From Eledone cirrhosa (lineage: Eukaryota): a DNA stretch of 64,000 nt. Positions 39,369 to 54,292 of this stretch are shown here, piece by piece. The notes under the pieces are model-generated. The model saw only the letters and a program-made list of their open reading frames with translations. It did no database searches and was not told where the DNA came from. The stretch covers positions 29,264,001 to 29,328,000 of the forward strand of contig OZ024754.1 of assembly GCA_964016885.1 (NCBI GenBank), in the 5' to 3' direction. Positions within the stretch are counted from its first letter, which is position 1; every line of letters begins with the position of its first letter. Made by a program: the position numbers and the translations under genes.

Positions 39369-41449
39369 CATATATGTTTAAATATGTATATAGATATAAT
39401 ATACATACATAATATATATATATGTGTGTGAGTGTGTGTGTGTGTGCATATACGTTGAAGTATATATACACATATATATATATATATATATACACACAAT
39501 AATTGCCTTACTGTGTTTATGTAAAAATATATTTTCAATTTAATTTGGTTCACTGGGTAGCGCCATTATTCTTTACTGATACCACAATAATAATTTTAAG
39601 CAATATATAGAGCAAGATAAATCGTTTGAAAAATGATTGCAAAACATATTTGGTGGCGATATCTATTTTACTGCCTGCTTTATTAATCTGTATTCTAGAC
39701 ATGCATCAGAAGTTTAAAGTTAATCAGCAGGAGAACACAGATCGCCAGTAGATAAACAAAAAGTGTATCGAGGTTTCCATGTTAAACATTAATAAAGAAT
39801 TTTCAAATACTAGCCACGTATATTGCATTCCATTTGGCTAAACATATTTGTTCTGTATTTTTAGGCGAGAAGTTTAGGAAAGTGATATCCATGATGACTT
39901 ACCATAGCGTATTAATGCTGTAAATGAAAGCCAATGGAATCAACCGGATATTGAAAGCGGAATTCTGGTAGCTTTTATCAGCTGCTCTACGGATCTCTCT
40001 TTAAACCAAGATGGTTTGAACATCACTGAATACATTTCTGAAATAGAAAAGCGAAACGCCATTATAAAATACAAAGATTTAAAAATAGAAAATATTTTAA
40101 GTAAATGATTATTTGGTTAGTTGTTATTAAAAATGTACTGTTTGTATTTAACATAAAAGGTTTAACGCTCCAAATGGATTACAATCTTATGATCAGCATA
40201 ACAGAGATGCTTGGTTGGTTTATTCTTTCCGATGTCAAGCTATACAGTTCTGCTATTGTAAAGCATTTGAAGCAATGTTACGACTGTGCCGAACTAAACT
40301 TATTCATTATGTATAATTCGGAGGCACACTGGGATTAACAGACTACTTTGCTAAGACTATGTTGTTGATGAAGAGAGAATGAAAGACGACCCCGAAATGA
40401 TTTGAATTCATAATATAAAAGGACATAATAATATATCACAATACATTTATGTCTGACATAATGGGAGATAACTAAATATAACAATCTATTCATATCCACC
40501 ATTTTGCACATTCCAGCAACCACGTCTCTTTTCGCAGTTGGCAGATTATGTTACAAATATTTAATAAAATTATAGACGGTTTGAGATAAAGCAAACATTG
40601 AAGAAAGCAAATCCTTTATATGATGTATTTTAAGTCAACGTTCAACTTCTGCACGTAGGAGAATATTTATTGTTTGAAATGCTGACAGTGATGTTTCATA
40701 AATAAATGTCTCTAAATTATTATATCATATTATATCGTATTCCATTTCACGATATTCAACATTTTATGGATCTAATCAAAACCACAGCACTTTATATTAT
40801 ATTGTATTATATAACTCTCTGTTATTTAACGCTATTTTATACCAACCAAAATTTAAAGCCGTATCACATAGTATACATAAATATCATTCCACATCATATC
40901 ATTATAACAATCCTCTCACAACATTCGTTAGTTCTCCCACTCTAATCTATAACAAGTCCTTCTATATTATTATTTCTTTCCTTCGTCCTATACAATGTCG
41001 CTCCCTATGTTATTAAATATTACGCCAAGCTTTAACTTTATCATTCCGCATATGTCTTTATTGCTTAATCACACCTTCCACAATGTAAATATGTTTGTCC
41101 GATTCACACACACACTCATATATATTTATATATATACACATATATATATATAATTGGTTGAAACTGTGAAGTAAATGATATGTTACAGCATTTAGTTTTA
41201 GCTGTTCATCGTGCAGATATCACACCCCTCCATTCCACTTTCTACATTAACCATTCTCTTACCATATGACCAATGAAATACACTGCCTATAATTTTTAAA
41301 TAATTTTGAAAATAAACCAGATATTGGAGGGATTTAGTAATAATAAACTTCACTTTCCCATCAACAAGCTGGGTTTTGGAATACAACGTAACAAATTTTC
41401 TTACATAAAATTACGATTATATTTAGACAAATATAATCAATTTAAAGCG

Positions 41450-41853
41450 GTTTCTGATTCAGGCATAAGGCCAACAAATTAGGTGGACGGGAATATTGAT
41501 TAAATCGACCCTTGTGTGTTATTTGTACTTTCTTTTAGCGGCCCCGTAAGGATGAAAGGAAAAGCTAATCAAAAACAGGATTTGAATTCAAATACCGCAA
41601 AGCATTCTATCCGACATTCTAACGACTCTGCAAATGCGATGGACATAAACAATAACGGTCAAATTAGTTTCTTCTTTTGGAACAAGGCCAGCAATCACCC
41701 CAGTGCATTACTGCTGCTTTATTTTATCGATCCCGTAAGGATGAAAGGCAAAGTTAACCGCGGCGAGATTTGAACTCAGACCCTAAAGTGCCGTAACTTT
41801 ATGCTGCAAAGCATGGCGTCCGACCCTCTACCGATACTGCCAATCCACCGCCC
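41450..41853 (-). mobile_element. Old diverged SINE (41450-41640) and young SINE (41670-41853)
   Basis: Consensus matches; TSD GGTCAAATTAG around the young copy. Confidence 0.85.
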
Positions 41854-42487
41854 AAGGTCAAATTAGATAATACAGTCCAAGATGCTCGTAGTATGACATG
41901 AAGGTAACGACTGTAATGTTTTTGATCACAAGTTTGCTCGCTCAATGTTGACTTGTGTCTAAGCAACAAGAATAATCCGACGCCCTAATGACCCTGCCAA
42001 TTCACTGTCCTATACATGGACACTGAATACAGTTTTGAACCCCAGTTATAGATAAATGACAATTTCATTCGTGCTATAACTTTGTTTTCACTTACACAAC
42101 TACAAAACTGAATTCAATAAACCTCTGCTAGTGTATGTTTACTCATCTGGAAGTATCTATTATACTCTCACAGTTTACGTAGCATGCAAAAGGAACAGAT
42201 CTATACATAAACATCATATGTCAAGTGAGATCGATATTGATTGTAAAGAACAATACAAGTAATGATTAGAGATTATTCAGTTCAACGAAAATATTATAGT
42301 AGAATGATTTACACAAGCTCATTAGAGAAATATTAATGACAGTTTTGTCGACTGAAATCCTATAAAATTAGTTGTTATGTGAAATGCTATTATTGAGAAT
42401 ATATTATTGTTAATTGCAGAGATAATGTTACTTGTGTGAGTTTTTCTCCTTTTTATTATATATTGTTCTCATTAAATATAGGTTCAA

Positions 42488-43110
42488 GGGCGGTAGATTG
42501 GTAGTATCGGTAGAGGGTCGGACGCCATGCTTTGCAGCATACAGTTACGTCCCTTTACATTCTGAGTTGAAATCCCGTCGAGGTTAACTTTGCCTTTCAT
42601 CCGTATGGGGTCGATAAAACAAAGTACCAGTCACGCACTGCGGTCGATTTAATCGACTTTCCCCTCCCCCCAAATTGCTGGTTTTGAGCCTACGTCAGAA
42701 ACCATTAAATATAGGCTTAAGGCAGAACTTGTTTCAGCTCTTTACACTATGAGTTCTAATCCCATCCCGGTCAGCTTTGCTCTTAATCCTTCCAGGGTTG
42801 AGAAAATAAAGTATTATTTAAGTACTGCAGTATATATAATCAACATTCTCCTTCCCCCTACCGACAAAAGAATTATTAATCAGTTTACAATTTATATGTC
42901 TTTAGGGTGGAAGGTTAGTAATATAGTTAGAGCATCGGACAATATGCTTTGCGGCATATAGTTATATTTCTTTGTTTTAAGTTCAAATCCCATCAAAGTT
43001 AGCTTTGCCTTTCATCATTAGGGGGTCAATAAAATAAAGACCCTGTCATGTTCTAGGGTCGATTTAATCCACTTTCACATCCCCCAATATTGCAGGCCTT
43101 GTGCCTAAAT
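42488..43110 (+). mobile_element. Three SINE copies (42488-42705, 42720-42865, 42905-43110)
   Basis: B-box and Nin core in each; the first has TSD CATTAAATATAGG. Confidence 0.82.
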
Positions 43111-43211
43111 CACACCATTGTATGTATGTCTCTATTTGTTTCACAAAAGCCTATAATATTAAAACTAGATGTATTGGAAGTTTTTCATACAGATTAAATG
43201 GCTTCTGATTT

Positions 43212-43577
43212 ATAATTGTTCCTAATTTAGATACAATGCCACTAAATTTGGGGGAAGGTAAAGTCGATTGTACCAATCCCCGTACCTGAATGATGAAATG
43301 CAATATTGACCTCGACGGAATTTGAACTCAGAATCTGTACGACATGAATAAACATCGCATTGCATTGGTCTGATGTATTAACGAGTCTAATAATTGTTTC
43401 TATTTTAGGTACAAGGCCAGCAATTACCCAGTACATTACTGGTACTTTATTTTATCGACCCCGTAAGGATGAAAGGCAAAGTTAACCTCGGCAGGATTTG
43501 AACTCAGATCGTAAAGGGACGTAACTATGCTGGAAAGCATGGCGTCCGACCCTCTGCCGATACTGCCAATTCACCGA
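43212..43577 (-). mobile_element. Diverged SINE (43212-43385) and young SINE (43391-43577)
   Basis: Consensus matches; TSD CGAGTCTAATAAT. Confidence 0.85.
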
Positions 43578-43737
43578 GTCTAATAATGTACTGTTTCAGC
43601 GCATCTTCCTCACCATCCTCCGGGGAAACACATTCACAATTTTGTATGCAGCATACACCTATATGTGAAGGAGATGGGGTGATAATGTTATCAATTTTTA
43701 TGATGTATTTGTGGTTTAAATAAGAATCTACTTAATA

Positions 43738-43929
43738 TACGAGGGCCGGCTGAAAAGTTCATTGGCTGACACATGGAATTACTAAATCAGATATGAATTT
43801 TAACTTATTCCCTGGAAGGAAATAATGCGGTTATTAAATAGAAGACTTGAAATTAATGCATGAAAGATATCAGAGCCCCAGCACCAGTCCTTCGTAGTCA
43901 GCTTATAAACATTTCAACCCACCCTCGTA
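43738..43929. mobile_element. Tc1/mariner-derived MITE
   Basis: TA-CGAGGGCCGGCTGAAAAGTTCATTGGCTGAC ... GTCAGCTTATAAACATTTCAACCCACCCTCG-TA imperfect TIRs with TA TSD. Confidence 0.75.
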
Positions 43930-44395
43930 TAACTAAATTGATTGCATATTTAATTGTTTCCCTATAAATTCCAATTAGTTGAAATCCTGACGGGGTTATT
44001 ATATGTAGATTAATCAAGTTAGAGTCATACTTCTACATGTTTCTTACTCTTGCTCAATGTGACTGGGGTTATCCTAGGTCAGTGATTCCAACGGCGTCAT
44101 CGTGCATTCAGCCGACATACACTCACATATAATCATTAACCAGGAATAGCATATTCCCCAGGTCTCTACCTACAATAGTAAGTAGAAATAAGATAAAGGT
44201 AGATGGTGGTGGAGAAAGACAATTTCTAGGCCCCTCAGTTGGTATAGTATTGAGATTTATGAGACATTGCAATATCAAATACATTTATGTACTAAAATTT
44301 GTTCAAGTTTTCAGTTGTATAGGGGCCAAAACACTCGCTTGATGGGAGTTTCATCTCTGAAGACCTGCTCTACAGCTTTCCTGAGAGTCTTACCC

Positions 44396-44476
<81 letters not shown>

Positions 44477-45379
44477 TATATATATATGTGTGTGTATATA
44501 AAAAATAAGGTGGAAATAAAAAAAAGAAGCAAACAGAAAAGAAACAAACTCTACATCATTCGTGGGTTGGAATACCTCAGTGGCCCCTTATGGCGGAGAT
44601 AATGTCAAAAAACATTGCCACAGAGAAAGTCAGCGACTCCCGCTACATCAACCATGCCGCATATTAATTTATTTGATATCTCAATGGAGAATTTGATTCA
44701 CATCTTTCCGGGTCTATGAAAGAAATACCAGTGATGTGCTGAGGTCATATTAATAAACTATACATTTACTCACCTTATTTTGAGCTCCCATATATATATT
44801 TTATATCTGTGCACCCGTTTAGATGTAGGAACTATAGAAACTATATCCTGTAAATAAAGTAGATTAATTGTTCCATGAAGAAAATATCAGCAGCAAAAAA
44901 GACGAACAATGATGATAATGTTGGTGACGACGTCGAAGAAGAAGAAGAAGAAGAAGACCATAAACAACAACAACAACAACAACCGCAACCATTCCGTATT
45001 TAAGTATCTACGTGAGACCAAGTCCCCTACATTCACGAACTAATAAAGATCCAGCTTAATAATGGCCGATCATTTTAATAGAATAGTTTCTTGGCAAACA
45101 TCAATACATGTAACTCAATATGGCGCATTTAATTGGAGCCAGTCTCTCTCTGTTTTATTTTTGGCATATTTATGAAAATATATTTCGAAGGAAAAACTCC
45201 AGTGAACCGCAACAACAAATATAAAATAAATATTAGTATATTGTAATAAAAAATATAATGGATGTCAATAGAAAATAGAAAAGAATAAAAAAATTGATAT
45301 ATTTAAGCGGGCATAACTAGAGAAAAATCCGCTTTCTACATGATTATATAAAATTTTTCATACAACAAACACACACAAC

Positions 45380-45420
<41 letters not shown>

Positions 45421-45479
45421 AGTTCTGCTTTTCAAAAGTAGAGTTGAGATATTTATTATACACACACACACATATATAT

Positions 45480-45668
45480 ATATTGGTAAAAGGAAAAGAA
45501 AATGCTGACAAATTGTTCCCAGTGAAAAATAGTTTAATTAGCAATAAGTAAAAATTAGTAATAAGTATTGGTTAGTATTCAGTTTTGGTTTTAAGTTTTT
45601 ACCGGTTGCGCATTTCTAATGCTTTTCAAAAATAATTTTGAGATAGAGCGCCCGTGATGTTTGCTCTA
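45480..45668 (-). repeat. PLE-terminal fragment with variant HHR-like motif (45597-45633)
   Basis: Reverse complement of ~3370-3562. Confidence 0.6.
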
Positions 45669-45774
45669 AAAGACGTATATATATATATATATATATATAC
45701 ATATACGTAGATATATACATGATGGCTGCCCCCTCGTTATCGAGTATGGCCATTGCAGGAGAAAAAAAACCCAT

Positions 45775-47030
45775 AATAATAACAATAATAATAATAATAA
45801 TGATTTCTTTATTGGCCACAAGGGCTGACATCAAGAAAAACATTACAGACGGCACAGGACGGTACAGGACGGTACGATGTGGGTTTTGTGCGTGTAAAGA
45901 TTTGTATTATTTATATAAGAAAAGAAAAAAAAGGACATAGAAACATATATATATATAAACAATAAAAATGAAAATTGAAACAATGAAAAATTCCCCAATA
46001 GGGGGGAAACCTCCGAGGGTTACTCGTGGCGAAAACCACACAAAAGACCACGGCCACCCCGATCACCAGGGCAAGCGCCCTCTCTCAATTTTTCCATTTC
46101 TCAAACTACAGGCGTATATTCAGAACGATCCCATTCACTCGGGTCATTCTCGCTACATTCACCCACCTTTCAACAAACTTGCTAAAGGGCAGCACTTGCC
46201 TCTACACCCTAATTTTTCTCTTCAAGTGAAACTTGAAAAAGTTAATTAGGGATTCGCCGAAGAGGAAAGTATATCTCTTTAACCCTTTCAACCTTGTCCA
46301 CCACACAATCTCTTTCGCCATGGCCACCAGGCAGATGAAAACCGCCTGTCCTTCCTCCTCGAAGGAAGACGGCGAGACCATCTGCACAATGGACTCAGTC
46401 GATAAGATCGGTCCTACACGCGACAGCAACTGTTCGACATAGCTCCACAAGTCAGAAATACTCGGACACTGAACAAGTGCGTGCACGACGGTTTCGTCGC
46501 TCTGCGCGCATCTCGGACAGGCTCGGCTGACGGCACTTCCGTGCCTGTAGAGCTTATCTCGAACCGGCAACGATCCCTGGTAGCACTGCCAGACCCTGAG
46601 CCGAAAGTTCTCCGGAAGAGAGCAAACAGCTGATCTTCTTCGACGCCCAGGATCTCTCCGAGAACGTCGTCGCCCTTCCCCTCCACTAGTCCTCTATAGA
46701 ATGCCGAGGTGGATGTTCCACTGATACTGATGCCCAGTTGGCATAGGGTAGTGAGTGCCTGGAGACATTCCAATTTCCAAGCGCTATCCCTCGGTCTTTT
46801 CCTGGCCGAGGACTGCAGCTCCGTCAAGGAGACGAGCTGTGGGAAAAGGTGCCCGGCGAACGGCGACCACACCTGTTCACCGTCAAGGAAGCACCAGAGA
46901 TGTCGCAGCCTCAGCGCATGTTTGCGCATCATCAGCCATGGCATGCCCAGTCCTCCACGCAACGGGTGTTGACAGCAGATGGATCGTCTGACCATGGGAG
47001 CGCGTCCCCTCCCAAAAAAGCGGAAGTGGA
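45775..47030 (-). mobile_element. 5'-truncated Tx1/L1-clade LINE
   Basis: ORFs 46414-46995 and 46202-46570 are paralogous to 241-1285; AATAAA and (ATT)n tail at the left end. Confidence 0.92.
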
Positions 47031-47156
47031 GGCTTTTGTATATATGGGTTTTTTTGTGTGTATGAATTTACGTATGTTTTTTTGTATGCGTGTGTTGATT
47101 TCTTATTACGTGCATGTGCGCGCACACTTTTGTATACGTATGTTTATTTTATATTT

Positions 47157-47283
<127 letters not shown>

Positions 47284-47842
47284 ATATGTATATATATATA
47301 TATATATACACATACTTTTGTGTATGTGTTTTTATACGTGCGTATGAGTATTTATGCATGTTTGTGTGTGCGTGTGTATGTATGTATGTGTATATATTTA
47401 TATATATATATTTATGTATATGTACATCTCGTGAATTTGTTTATTTCTAAGTTGTCCTTATTCCTCCATCCCCCCTCTTACTTATCGTTGTCAACACGTA
47501 TCCTTTTGTCTTTATTTCGTTTTTGACTTTGTATTTTTGTTCTTTTTCATTTATTTATTTATTCTTATTACTTCATGTATATGTATGTGTATGTATCTAT
47601 GTCCCTGTCTGTAGACGCATATATGCTTATGTGAAAAAGTATACGTCTACGTACTTTTTAAGTATATGCGCGTGGTTGAGTGTGTGTATGTTTATGTTCT
47701 GGATATTTATTGTTTATATATATATATATTTTTTTTTCCTTTTCCCCTCTTCTCCTTCGCCCGTTTTTTTTCTCAGCATCACTTTCATATTTCTTAAATT
47801 TTGTTTTCAAATCCATATTAAATAAAAACATCATGTTTTTTA

Positions 47843-47903
47843 TTCCTTCTGACGACTGAAAACATATCTAACATCTGCTTTCAAGAAACCACTGGTAAAT
47901 GAA
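47843..47903 (+). ncRNA. Hammerhead-like motif (paralog of 62137-62197)
   Basis: TTCCTT-CTGACGA-cTGAAA..TTTCAa-GAAA-CC-ACT-GGTA-AATGAA. Confidence 0.65.
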
Positions 47904-47933
47904 ATAATTATCTTATGTTGTTTATTACATAAC

Positions 47934-48001
<68 letters not shown>

Positions 48002-48471
48002 GTGGTGGAGAGAGAGATGTAAGTGGGTGTACGTTGAGATGCGTGGCGTGTATAAGACGTTTAGAGGAATGAAGGAAAGAGCGTAAAGGATAAAAATAAA
48101 AATAACAACACGAGAGAGAGTTACCTTGGGAGAGATTTAATTGTCCCTATATATTGAGGGGTTTTTCCGGGGTGGGGGAAAGGTTGTCTGTCGGAAAGGA
48201 GCGAAACCTGTCCTCCGCTGTTCGTTGTTTTGAAAATCTGAGGTATTCAGCAGAGCGCGCGTGCGCGTGAAATGGGGTCGGTCAGGCAGAGGCAGCGGCC
48301 GAAGTAGTTCTTTCAATTGTGGGAATGGGGTGGCGCTAGCTGTCAGTCCATTCTCTGCCGAGGCTTCCAAACGACTTAAAGAAATTTGCCTTATTATTCC
48401 ACAATGCTTCAAGCAAACTTCAATACTCTCATATATATATATATATATAAATATATATATATATTTATATT

Positions 48472-48504
<33 letters not shown>

Positions 48505-48511
48505 TTATATT

Positions 48512-48549
<38 letters not shown>

Positions 48550-48569
48550 TAAATATATATATATTTCTC

Positions 48570-48601
<32 letters not shown>

Positions 48602-48824
48602 AATATATATATATACATATATATATATACATATATATATATACATATATATATACACACACACACACATATATATATATATTACATATATATTATATAT
48701 ATGTATGTATTTTACATATATATACTTATATATATGTATACATGTATATATGTATACATATATATATATATATATGATATATATGTATACATGTATATAT
48801 GTATATATATATATATATATATAA

Positions 48825-48880
<56 letters not shown>

Positions 48881-49732
48881 ACATGTATATATATATGTAT
48901 ATATATATATATATATGTATGTATACATGTATATATATGTATATACATATATATATATGTATATATATGTATATATATATATACATGTTTACACACTTAT
49001 ATACATATACATATATATGTGTATATATATATATATATATGCACACATACACAGAGATTACCAATGTTAAGGAAATGCTTTTTAAAAAAAAAAATGATGA
49101 TGAATGGGTTTAAATAAAGATATGAACATCTTAAGCTAGGTATGGCCTTTGATGAAGATTCTGCCCATTAAAGAAATCAATCAAACACAATGTATATTAT
49201 TTATTGACAGTAAAGGAAATATTGAAAATGGTGATTTGTATTTTGCAGACCAACTTATATTCAATAAAATGAGAAATCGATATTTGATATCTGATGTATG
49301 GTTGGTTTTCTAAACAACTCAAAACAAGATCTTATAGAGGATTATCAGTATCGTCTTTAATGATAGTGATTATGTTTATTTGTAGCTACTAGGTTTGTTC
49401 TTCTTGTTATTCTGATATATCTTCTTGATATTCTGAAACAAGCAATAACATCATATAATACCTTTTCACGTCTACATACACCTCTATTTAATTTCATCGA
49501 TGTCTGTAAGGTCTCATTTGTGCAGCATGATTGAGTGACTTACAGAGAGCTGACTCCACAGCCTGAGTAGCTTTACCACAGACACACACACACACACAGA
49601 CACACAAACATACACTCACACACACACACACACACACACAGAGAGAGACACAAACACACACACACGCACATACACACGCCCAGACACACATATACACTCA
49701 TATATGAATACATATATAGATATATATTTGTG

Positions 49733-49796
<64 letters not shown>

Positions 49797-49801
<5 letters not shown>

Positions 49802-50320
49802 ATACTCGGGGAGGGTCATATTGTTATAATATTGCCAGAAATAATTACAGAACACACTCGCTGTTTGGCTGGTTTTCGCTTCTGTATCTTTTATATCTCC
49901 ATAGTTAATTTATTTGGCAATCAATGTTTATTATTTATTGACCAGCAGTTAAAAATACAGATATAAATATTATATATATATAGTCTATCAAAGTTATTTC
50001 GTCGCACATCTGCAACATCATCAGTAGTACTATTATGCGTCCACCTATTGTATTGTAACGTCTACGTCAATTTTATATAATTAATTTATTTATTTATGAA
50101 ATAAATTAATTTTTAACCGCTGGTCAATCAATGATAAACATTGATTGCCAAATAAATTAACTATGGAGATATAAAAGATACAGAAGCGAAAACCAACCAA
50201 ACAGTGAGTGTGTTCTGTTATTATTTCTGGCAATATGATAACAATATGACCCTCCCCAAGTATAACAATATTTGTTTCGTCACACGATTTCATATAAAAC
50301 ACTTGCAAAAGAAATTCAAT
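49797..50320. repeat. Inverted pair of the GGGGAGGGTCATATTG repeat family
   Basis: 49797-49956 is inverted at 50108-50270. Confidence 0.8.
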
Positions 50321-50547
50321 ATGTATATATACGTGAGTGTTTATTTAACAATGAAAATAAAACAGAAGTCAAAGATAGGTACTTAATTATTTCATTGTTT
50401 TACGATCATTTCAGAGAGTTGATCGATATACTGAGTAGCAGGTAGTGGTTATGCCACTACATATTTCCAGTCTCGAAATCCCTGATCCGTCATACGCTCT
50501 TCCTGAGGATGTCTGCTAGTCAATATATTGACCTACCATTATCAATC

Positions 50548-50722
50548 TGGATTGGCAGTATCGGTAGAGGTTCGGACGCCATGCTTTGACGCATAGAGTT
50601 ACGGCCCTTGCCATTCTGAGTTCAAATCCCGCCAAGGTTAACTTTGCCTTTCATCCTTACGGGGTCGATAACATAAAGTAAACTGGGTAGTTGCTGGCCT
50701 TGTGCCAAAAGTAGAAACAATT
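50548..50722 (+). mobile_element. Nin/Deu SINE
   Basis: Consensus match; TSD ATTATCAATC. Confidence 0.88.
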
Positions 50723-51053
50723 ATCAATCAACACTCGATCGTAGAAGGTCATATAAGTGGTTACCACCCCTCCATACAGCTCTTGGCATTTACAATGAAG
50801 TCGGCAAGGCACATAGGCGCTAATACGATTATAAAAGTTACCGTTAATAATAATAATAATAATAATATATATATATATATATAAAGAATGATTAATAAAA
50901 CTGGTAGACATCATAAAAATGTAATTTATTCCAAGTGTTTACAAATGTTTCCTTAGTAGTTACACAGCCTCGTCATGCTATATGCAAATTGGTAGTTATT
51001 AATTTGCAGATACTCTATTTTCAAATGCTGTTCGTACCACCAATTCTTCAGAG

Positions 51054-51125
<72 letters not shown>

Positions 51126-51282
51126 ATACTTGGGGAGGGTCATATTTGTGTAATATTGCCAGAATTAATAACAGAACACACTCACTGTTTGATTGGTTTT
51201 CGCTTCTCGCTGTCTTTAGTATAACAAGTATAACAATATTTGTTTCGACACACGATTTCATATAAAAAACCTCGCTAAACTA

Positions 51283-51336
<54 letters not shown>

Positions 51337-52129
51337 GTTTTACATCTTTTCTACTAAACCATTTACAGGATGTTAAGAGTTAAACATCTTATGTTCTATT
51401 TCTTTTATAGGATAAAATAACATTTCGAATAATATTGTAACCTAGAAGCGATGTGGTTGTCGTTTCCAATATTCAATGTTTCATCTCAGTTTACATTTAA
51501 AGACTGTGTTGTTAAATTGATAGAAAGAACGTATAAACGATTTCAACTGTTTCACAATCGACATTTCTCTGTTATATGATAGATATAGTTCATATTGTCT
51601 TTCCTGATTTGAAGGTGATGAACTTAGAGAGCTGATTGTAATGGCCACCAAATTGTCGATTATCATTTTACTGTTTACTTTGCAAGTTTTCTTTCATATG
51701 ATACATGATCTTGTATTAATATATTTATTACTTCAACCTGATAACCATAAGTAAATTAGGTTTTAATTATCGAGATGGCTAATATTATAGCATTCTATTT
51801 GAATATTTTTGCAATTCATTTAATAAAGATAGTTCGTTTCGTTTATATATTATGATCTAGGATTATTCATATAAATGAAATGTTATATGAATTGAATAAA
51901 CTATGTCAGCTCCTTGGCTAAAGTTCACTAGGTATTGTTGTTCCATTGTGGATGGGAGCTGTAGAGGGTTGAGTTGATACAGGGGCCGGTTATTTATCAC
52001 GAGTGAGCAATTTTGTATCGCAAGGTAGCACCTAACTGTTAGATTAACGTCGAACAGATCAGCCATTGTAACAGACGTGGTTGAATTTTGAAAGAGTCAA
52101 TTGTGTAGCATGATAAATCATTATAAATT

Positions 52130-52993
52130 TTATTCTACACAAAACCCCCACATTTTATCGTCCTGTACCGTCTTTAATGTCTCCTTAATATGAGCGTTGT
52201 GTGGCTAATACAGAAAGCATTATTATCATTATACTGACCTGGGAGTTTATGTCGAGCACCTGCTGTCACGTGTAGGACGGATCCGACTATCAACTGAGTC
52301 CATTGTGAAAATCGCCTCGCCGTCCTCCTTTAGAGAAGAAGGACAGGCAGTTTTTATCTGCCTTGTGGCCATGGCAAAATAGGTCGTGAGACGAAACCCT
52401 GATTAACTTTTTCAGGTTTCACTTGAAAAGGAAAATCAGGGTGGAGAGGGAATGGCTGCCTTCCAACCAGTTTATTGAAAGGTGGGGGAAAGTTGCGAGC
52501 ATGGTTCGTGTGAATGGGCCTGCCTTGAGCATACACCTGTAGATTGGGGGAGGGCACTTTGCCCGAGCGGACAGGGTGACCGTGGCTTTTGTGGGATTTC
52601 TATATGGGTAACCCTTAGAGTCTTCTCACCTTTGGGGAACTTGTTATGTTTGTTTTAAATGATATTTTTCTTATTCTCTGTTATTAATGTTATTTTATAT
52701 AAGGGCGGTGGATTGGCAGTATCGGTAGAGGGTCGGACGCCATGTTTTCCAGCATAGTTACGTCCCTTTACGATCTGAGTTCAAATCCCGCCGAGGTTGA
52801 CTTTGCCTTTCATCCTTACGGGGTCGATAAAATAAAGTACCAGTAGTGAACTGGTTATTTTGCTGACCTTGTGCCTAAAGTAGAAACAATTAATGTTATT
52901 TTATACAAAGAAAAACCAACACAGTACCATCTTTAATGTTTCCTTAATGTGAGCCCTGTGTGTCTAATAAGAAATTATTATCATTATTATTAT
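52130..52993 (+). mobile_element. Two head-to-tail Tx1/L1 3' fragments (52130-52232 tail only; 52234-52993 ORF2 end + UTR)
   Basis: Homologous to 932-1560; each ends in ..AATA.AGAAA..ATTATTATCATT. Confidence 0.85.
52703..52891 (+). mobile_element. Full-length Nin/Deu SINE nested in the LINE 3'UTR
   Basis: Consensus match; TSD ATTAATGTTATTTTATA. Confidence 0.93.
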
Positions 52994-52996
52994 CGC

Positions 52997-53660
52997 ACCG
53001 AGGTTAGCCGAGGTTAACTTTGCCTTTCATCCGTACGGCGTCGATAAAATATAACACTGGGGTAATTGCTGGCCTTGTGCCAAAAGAAGAGAAACAATTA
53101 TTATCATTATTTTATCGACCCCGTAAGGATGAAAGGCAAAGTTAACCTCGGTGGGATTTGAACTCAGATCATAAAGGGCCGTAACCCTATGGCACAAAGC
53201 ATGGCGTCCGACTCTCTACCGATACTACTAATCCACCGCCCAAATACTGCCAATGATAATTGTTTCTACTTTAGGCACAAGGCCAGGATTCCCCAGTGCA
53301 TTACTGGTACTTTATTTTATCGACCCCGTAAGGATGAAAGGCAAAGTTAACCTTGGCGGGACTTGAACTCAGATCGTAAAGGGACGTAACTATGTTGGAA
53401 AGCATGTCCGACCCTCTACCGATACTGCCAACTGTCCGACCCTCTACCGATACTGCCAACACAACGATAATAATTGTTTCTACTTTCGGCATAAGGCCAG
53501 CCATTACTCAGTGCATTACTGTTACTTTATTTTATCGACCCCTTAAGGATGAAAGGCAAAGTTAACCTCGACGGTATTTGAACTCAGACCGTAACGGGAC
53601 GTAACCATGCTGCAAAGCATGGCGTCCGATCCTCTACCGATACTGCCAATCCACCACCCT
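52997..53660. mobile_element. Dense SINE cluster (52997-53098 +; 53110-53241, 53258-53460, 53472-53660 -)
   Basis: Consensus matches; the last copy has TSD CAACACAACGATAATAAT. Confidence 0.88.
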
Positions 53661-53977
53661 CAACACAACGATAATAATACGAGTTTGTATTCAGACAAGA
53701 TTATTTACTGATGTTATATTCAATATTGTGAGCGAAATATTTATGGAACCTGTTGAAATAAAAGCTCCCAAGGTATTTAGTGTTAGGTCAAAATGAAATA
53801 ATGTTATTTTCGAAAGAAAATTATAGGTTCGTTCAGAAGAAGTTGGAATCCTGCTAATGGAGCTTTTATGAGGAAAAAAAAATGGGAAAAAATACTTGAT
53901 CTCTTCTGCTTGAGTTCCAAAAATATGTAGCTATTATATAACTTCTGTTTGCACGTTGTGATAACAGCGGGAGAAAT

Positions 53978-54018
<41 letters not shown>

Positions 54019-54048
54019 ATAATGATGATGATGATGATGGTGGTGATA

Positions 54049-54111
<63 letters not shown>

Positions 54112-54217
54112 GTGGTGGTGATGATGATGATGGTGATGAAGATATGGATAATGAGGTGGTGGTAGTGATGTTGGTGGTGGTGATGGTAGTGATGATGGTG
54201 GTGGCGGCAGTAGCAGC

Positions 54218-54292
<75 letters not shown>
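53978..54292. repeat. (GAT)n-(GGT)n-(GTA)n compound trinucleotide repeat
   Basis: Direct inspection. Confidence 0.95.

Noticed and set aside
39551-40107. Plus-strand frame with four TAG stops as an A-to-I recoded (UAG>UGG) gene
   Set aside because: Also contains TAA, has no recognisable protein similarity, and the pattern is compatible with chance
45764-47055. 13-bp inverted repeat (AAAAAAACCCATA) bracketing the Tx1 copy
   Set aside because: Mostly homopolymer, likely chance; no TSD
51481-51666. 61-aa minus-strand ORF as a host exon (also 4367-4648, 21138-21356)
   Set aside because: No recognisable motif or consistent splice frame
52997-53660. CRISPR-like repeat-spacer array
   Set aside because: Repeats are SINE copies of variable length and orientation in eukaryotic DNA
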